A DNA stretch of 42,219 nucleotides from Actinobacteria bacterium RBG_16_68_21 (GTDB taxonomy: Bacteria > Actinomycetota > Acidimicrobiia > Spongiisociales > UBA11373). Positions 37,546 through 42,219 of the stretch are shown piece after piece (within the stretch, counting starts at the first letter, position 1; every line of letters starts with the position of its first letter). The stretch is from positions 18,680-60,898 of the forward strand of contig MELR01000016.1 in assembly GCA_001767695.1 (NCBI GenBank). Reading direction: 5' to 3'. Position numbers and translations under genes: made by a program. Under the pieces are notes generated by a model. The model was not told where the DNA came from, did not search any database, and saw only the letters and a list, made by a program, of their open reading frames with translations.

Positions 37546-40074
37546 TTGGAAGCCAGCGAGCGCGATCGACTCACCCAGGACGAAGCCAGGGCGCGGGCAG
37601 CGCAGATATCGAACGTCTCGTATCGCCTCGATCTCGATCTTGAGGCGGGGGCGAAGACCTTCCGTGGCGACGTCACCATCGCCTTCGACCACAAGGGCGG
37701 CGGCACGTTTCTGGAGTTCCTCGGCGGAAATGTCGACCGGATGCTCATCAACGGGGAGGTCGTCGAGCCGGTCCGCCACGGATCGCGACTGCTGCTCACC
37801 GCGTCACAACTGGCCGGTCACAACGAGATCCGGGTGGTCTACGAGCGGGCCTACGACCACACCGGTGAGGGCCTCCATCAGTTCATCGATCCGAGCGATG
37901 GCGCCGAGTACCTCTACTCGCAGTTCGAGCCCTATTCGGCTCACCGCCTCATGCCCTGTTTCGACCAGCCCGATCTCAAGGCGACCTACGACATCACCAT
38001 CACCGCGCCGGCGCAGTGGACGGTGGTGACTTCGGCGCCCGAAATCGACCGTGAGGACGTGCCGGGGAGTCGCAACCGGCGGACCTTCGCCACCACGGTC
38101 CCCTTCTCCACCTATCTGCTTTCGGTGGTGGCCGGGGAGTACGCCTCGGTGGGGGACGACCACGAGGGGATCGCCCTGGGGATGCATGCCCGGGCATCAC
38201 TCATGCCCCACCTCGACTCGGCTCATCTGTTTGCTCTGTCCAAGCGACTCCTCGATCACTACGGCACCTTGTTCTCCGAGCCCTATCCCTTCGGCAAGCT
38301 CGACCAGGTCTTCGTCCCCGAGTTCAACTGGGGTGGGATGGAGAACGTGGCGAACATCACCTACACGGACACCGTCATCTTCCGGGATCCGCCGACCGAG
38401 GATCAGCTCTTGCGCCGGGATGAGTACTTCGCGCACGAGATCGCCCACATGTGGTTCGGAGATCTCGTCACGATGCAGTGGTGGAACGACGTCTGGCTCA
38501 ACGAGTCGTTCGCGTCATTCGTCGCCTACCTGGCCCTCGATGCTCTCGGCGGCTATCCGACGATCTGGCAGGACTTCAACTACCGCATGAAGCTCTGGGC
38601 TTACCGGGAGGATCAGCTTCCGACCACCCACCGGATCGCCGACGAAGTACCCAGTACCGACGAGACGTTCCTCAACTTCGACGGGATCTCCTACGGGAAG
38701 GGTGCCGCGGTCCTCCGGCAATTGGTCGCCGCCATCGGGACGGAGGGTTTCCGGGACGGGCTGCGCACCTACTTCCGGCGCCACCGCTTCGGCAATGCGA
38801 CCCTGGCCGACTTCCTGGCCGCCCTCCAGGAAGGCAGCGGTCTCGATCTGGTCAAGTGGGGGGCGCGCTGGCTGACGACAGCGTCGGTGAACACCATCGC
38901 CGCCTCCTGGCGGGAGACGGACGGCGTCGTGGCCGGCCTCGACCTGCGGCAGACCGCCTCCGACGACCATCCGGTCCTCCGTCCCCACCACATCGAGGTG
39001 GCGGTCGTGGACCGCGCCGACCGGATGACGGTGTACCCGGCGATGATCGACGGGGTGACCGCCACGGTCCCCGAGGCGGCCGGTATCGCCGTTCCGGCGT
39101 TTCTCTTCCCCAACTACGGCGATTACGGGTATTTCAAGGTCGCTCTCGACCCGGCGTCGGTCGCCTACGCCGAGTCCCGCCTCGGTGAGGTCGGCGAGCC
39201 GCTGCTCCGCCAGCAGGTGTGGTCGTCGCTGTGGGAGATGGTCAGGGATGCCCAACTCGCCTCTACCCGCTACCTGCGGCTGGTGGCCACCCACCTCCCC
39301 GGGGAGGCCTCGATGCCGGTCGTGCAGATGATCACCGCCACCGTCGCCGGTGCGATCGGACGCTACGTCCCCGAGAGCGAGATCGAGGCCGAGTCCTCCC
39401 GCTTCGTGGCGACGGCGGCGGCAGCGCTGCGATCGGATCCGACCGGTGATCGCGGCGTGCTCTGGGCGCGGGCGCTCATCGCCGCGGTACGGACCGAGGG
39501 GGATGCGCGGACCGCTGCCGGGATCGTCGACGATCCGCCGGACGGCCTGGCCATCGACCAGGACATGAGATGGGCCGTGGCGGTCAAGTGGGCTTCGCTC
39601 GGCCTCGAGGGGGATGTCGCTCGCATCGCCGCCGAGAGGTCACGGGACGACTCCGACCGGGGAGATCGGGCTGTGGCGACCGCGGATGCCTCCCGTCCCG
39701 ACCTCGCCGCCAAGCAGGAGGTGTGGGAGAGGCTCCACAGCAACGGGTACGGGTCACTCGCCCTGGCCCGGGCCGCCGCTTCGGGATTCTGGCGCCGCTC
39801 GCAAGCGGCGATGCTCGAACAGTTCGTCGATCCGTTCTTCGCCGGGCTCCCCGGGGTGTTCGAAGACTGGGAGGCGGAGGCCGCCAGGTCGTACTTCCGG
39901 GCGTTCTTCCCCGACTACCTGATCGACACTGCGACGAGGGACCGCATCGCCGGGTTGCTCGCCGATCCCGGCGTCGGTTCGATGCTGCGGCGGATGCTCA
40001 TCGAGACGGACGACGACATTCGCCGGGCCCTGGCCTGCCGCGGCTTGGTGGAGTCGGTGTCGTTGCAGGCGTGA
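37546..40074 (+). CDS. pepN: Aminopeptidase N (M1 family)
   Basis: YSQFEP, CFDQPDLKA, FVPEFNWGGMEN, HEIAHMWFGDLVTMQWWNDVWLNESFA, FDGISYGKG. TTG 37546 follows AGGAGG; ATG 37525 is an alternative. Confidence 0.95.
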   Translation: MEASERDRLTQDEARARAAQISNVSYRLDLDLEAGAKTFRGDVTIAFDHKGGGTFLEFLGGNVDRMLINGEVVEPVRHGSRLLLTASQLAGHNEIRVVYERAYDHTGEGLHQFIDPSDGAEYLYSQFEPYSAHRLMPCFDQPDLKATYDITITAPAQWTVVTSAPEIDREDVPGSRNRRTFATTVPFSTYLLSVVAGEYASVGDDHEGIALGMHARASLMPHLDSAHLFALSKRLLDHYGTLFSEPYPFGKLDQVFVPEFNWGGMENVANITYTDTVIFRDPPTEDQLLRRDEYFAHEIAHMWFGDLVTMQWWNDVWLNESFASFVAYLALDALGGYPTIWQDFNYRMKLWAYREDQLPTTHRIADEVPSTDETFLNFDGISYGKGAAVLRQLVAAIGTEGFRDGLRTYFRRHRFGNATLADFLAALQEGSGLDLVKWGARWLTTASVNTIAASWRETDGVVAGLDLRQTASDDHPVLRPHHIEVAVVDRADRMTVYPAMIDGVTATVPEAAGIAVPAFLFPNYGDYGYFKVALDPASVAYAESRLGEVGEPLLRQQVWSSLWEMVRDAQLASTRYLRLVATHLPGEASMPVVQMITATVAGAIGRYVPESEIEAESSRFVATAAAALRSDPTGDRGVLWARALIAAVRTEGDARTAAGIVDDPPDGLAIDQDMRWAVAVKWASLGLEGDVARIAAERSRDDSDRGDRAVATADASRPDLAAKQEVWERLHSNGYGSLALARAAASGFWRRSQAAMLEQFVDPFFAGLPGVFEDWEAEAARSYFRAFFPDYLIDTATRDRIAGLLADPGVGSMLRRMLIETDDDIRRALACRGLVESVSLQA

Positions 40075-40145
40075 GGTGGTCTGCGGGGCGGGATCGGCGC
40101 GGCGTCTTCTGGTTCGATCGGACCTGGCGCGTTTAACCTGATCGG

Positions 40146-40370
40146 ATGCTCACGGTCCTGGCGCAGATCCCGGACGACCTTCCGGAGCGGGCCGGCGAGA
40201 TCGCCGATCAGGTGAAGGCCAACCCCGTGCTCCTGGCGATGCTCGTCGGCATCGGCGTGATCACCGCCTTCATCTTCTTCTGGGGAATCATCAAGCAGGC
40301 TTTCAAGGCGGCGATCTTTGGCGGGCTGCTCAGCGCCGCTGCCTGGTACTGGTACTTCAACATCAAGTAG
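40146..40370 (+). CDS. Small membrane protein
   Basis: 74 aa with two hydrophobic segments. ATG 6 nt after TAACCT. Confidence 0.7.
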   Translation: MLTVLAQIPDDLPERAGEIADQVKANPVLLAMLVGIGVITAFIFFWGIIKQAFKAAIFGGLLSAAAWYWYFNIK

Positions 40371-40448
40371 CGGGATCGCGCCGGTAGGTCCAGGAATCCT
40401 CGGAAGCGCGGCCGCCGTTTCCGCTCGGGTCGGCTGCGACGCCGGGAC

Positions 40449-40901
40449 TCACAGCACGTTGAGTATCCAGCCCACTCCCAGTCCGTAGAGCCCGGCGACG
40501 ACGTCGTCGGCGGTGATGCCCAGGCTGCCGGGCAGCCGCTCTGCCGCCGGTACTCCCGGCAAGATCTTGAAGATGTCGGCGGCTCGGGCGATGACAAGGG
40601 CCACGATCCACGGGATCCCGTGCAGTCCGATCAGGGCGACCAGCGTGCCGGCCGTCTCGTCGATGCACACCCAGCCCGGGTCGGCGTGGTCGGCGGCGAA
40701 GGGTGCCGCCGCCCACAATGACGTGGCGATTGCGGTCGCGGCGACCACCGCTCCCAGCCACCACCGGGCATCCACCGCCAGCAGCCCGCCGCCGATGGCC
40801 GCGCCGAGGGCCGCCCCAAAGGTGCCGGCTCCCGAATCGCTCCGCCACAGGCGGCGCGGAATCAGGCCAAGGCCGAACGAGGAGGCGACGATCCGGCGCA
40901 T
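40449..40901 (-). CDS. pgpA: Phosphatidylglycerophosphatase A
   Basis: FGLGL...GTFG, DPGWVCIDETAG, RAADIFK, GITADDVVAG. Confidence 0.9.
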   Translation of the reverse strand: MRRIVASSFGLGLIPRRLWRSDSGAGTFGAALGAAIGGGLLAVDARWWLGAVVAATAIATSLWAAAPFAADHADPGWVCIDETAGTLVALIGLHGIPWIVALVIARAADIFKILPGVPAAERLPGSLGITADDVVAGLYGLGVGWILNVL

Positions 40902-41011
40902 CGGGGCGAGGGTAGGGCCGAATGGCGGCCGACCCACCGTCTTTCGCCACACGACGATCATCGATTGCGGGCGTACCTTCGCCCGATATCGCCTAGGGAA
41001 TGGGAGGGAGC

Positions 41012-41587
41012 ATGGAGCTGAGTTCGCGGGAGACCTGGACGGTGATTCATGGACTCGTCCTCGGTACGGTGTTCTTGCTCGCGTTCGGGGGTGGTCTCGC
41101 CGGCTTGTGGAGCCTGAGACCCGGATTCCTCACCGCGGCGGGGATCAAGGAGCGGATGCGCCGTCTCTACGTGGGGACGTGGGTCATGGGTGTCACCGCG
41201 CTGTTGACGGTGATCACCGGCACCTGGATCGTCTACCCGTGGTACCGGGTGAAGCTGGCCGCGGTCGGTGACAGTGCCTTCGCGGGATGCGCCGGCTTGG
41301 TTGTCCCCGGAGCGACCTGCTCGCCGCGGGACTTCCTCCTGTCTGATGTCTCGGGGCACACCGAGACCTGGCACGAGTTCGGGATGGAGTGGAAGGAGCA
41401 CATCTCCTGGGCCGCCCCCATCCTGGCCATCACCGCGGCGTTCCTCGTGACGTACTACGGCCCCCGGCTGATCAGCCGGAAGTGGCTGCGCATGGCGGTG
41501 ATCGTCATGTTCGTCGCCGCATTCGCCGCAGCCGTCGTAGGAGGGGCCTTCGGTGCGTTCCTCAACAAAGTCGCCCCGATCATCTGA
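41012..41587 (+). CDS. Uncharacterised 4-TM membrane protein with His/Glu-rich motif
   Basis: TVIHGL, VYPWYR, WHEFGMEWKEH, LNKVAP. SD GGGAGG upstream. Confidence 0.8.
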   Translation: MELSSRETWTVIHGLVLGTVFLLAFGGGLAGLWSLRPGFLTAAGIKERMRRLYVGTWVMGVTALLTVITGTWIVYPWYRVKLAAVGDSAFAGCAGLVVPGATCSPRDFLLSDVSGHTETWHEFGMEWKEHISWAAPILAITAAFLVTYYGPRLISRKWLRMAVIVMFVAAFAAAVVGGAFGAFLNKVAPII

Positions 41588-41601
41588 GGAGAGCCATCTA
41601 C

Positions 41602-41985
41602 ATGACAACCATGAAGCATCGAGATGAGGGGATCGCTCCGGAGCTGGCTGCTCTGGGTCTGCCGGACAAGCCCGATGGCCCCGGCGCCGCGGCGATGATC
41701 GCCGCCGGGGTGGGCGTGTTCACCCTCGGCCTCTTGACGACGCTGGCGGAGTTCTGGACCGGACTCAGTGGGTTCCTGGCCGACTTCCAGGGCTCGCGCG
41801 GGGTCGGTGGCCTGGCCGGGAAGAGCACGTTGGCGATCGTCGCCTGGCTGGTGTGCTGGGGGGTCCTGGCGCTGCTCTGGAGGGGAAAGGACTTCGACCT
41901 GAAGCTGGCTTTCCGAATCGGACTGGTGCTGGGAGCGCTCGGAGCGCTCTTGACGTTCCCGCCGTTCTTCACGCTGTTCGCATGA
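41602..41985 (+). CDS. Uncharacterised 3-TM membrane protein
   Basis: PDGPGAAAMIAAGVG, GVGGLAGKS, AWLVCW, LTFPPFF. SD GAGGAG upstream. Confidence 0.78.
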   Translation: MTTMKHRDEGIAPELAALGLPDKPDGPGAAAMIAAGVGVFTLGLLTTLAEFWTGLSGFLADFQGSRGVGGLAGKSTLAIVAWLVCWGVLALLWRGKDFDLKLAFRIGLVLGALGALLTFPPFFTLFA

Positions 41986-42203
41986 GTGAATCGGCGGCAG
42001 ATCGTGGAGCTGCGATCGCCACCGGCGTCGGCGTCGGTCTGATCGTCCTGATGGTCACCTGGCTGGTCGGCAACCGGATCACGGCAGTGCTGGTGGGTCC
42101 GCCCGTCGGGCCTACCGTGGCGATCTGCCTGGCGGTGGTCGCCGGAGCGATCACCACGGTCATCATGAGCCGCCGACTGGTCGCCTCCATGGCAGACCAC
42201 TGA
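41982..42203 (+). CDS. Small 2-TM membrane protein
   Basis: MSESAADRGAAIATGVGVGLIVLMVTWLVGNR.... ATGA overlap with the previous gene. Confidence 0.65.
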   Translation: MSESAADRGAAIATGVGVGLIVLMVTWLVGNRITAVLVGPPVGPTVAICLAVVAGAITTVIMSRRLVASMADH

Positions 42204-42219
42204 GCAAGGCGAGTCGGCC

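Overview
High-GC (roughly 70% by eye) bacterial chromosome segment. Gene content and style suggest Actinomycetota, possibly Acidimicrobiia-like; this is inference from sodN/sodX, Asp-type MurA, actinobacterial DapE/PepN and many apparently leaderless genes. It is almost fully coding, with about 44 genes. I saw no tRNA, rRNA, CRISPR array, integrase or transposase. The highlight is a compact 9-gene bacterial microcompartment (BMC) operon at 7763-13060. It encodes RpiB, DeoC, BMC-T, BMC-H, BMC-P, an acylating aldehyde dehydrogenase, a second BMC-T and two more BMC-P. It looks like a sugar-phosphate-utilising (SPU) metabolosome with a Haliangium-type shell. All three enzymes carry N-terminal encapsulation-peptide-like helices. 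The cargo RpiB has Asp at the usual catalytic Cys, the DeoC has a Cys-rich insertion, and no phosphotransacylase, acetate kinase or alcohol dehydrogenase is encoded locally. Other notable items: a Ni-SOD with a Pro5->Met nickel hook, a structured intergenic ncRNA candidate after sodN, a PPK1-NUDIX fusion, heptamer tandem repeats, a probable pseudo-hydrolase and an uncharacterised three-gene membrane cluster at the right end. Housekeeping genes include murJ, an ABC exporter, pgl, rpiB, murA, meaB, iscS-mnmA-ligA, dapCDE, gatCAB, pepN and pgpA. Start codons were refined by eye and family calls come from motif recognition, not database searches.
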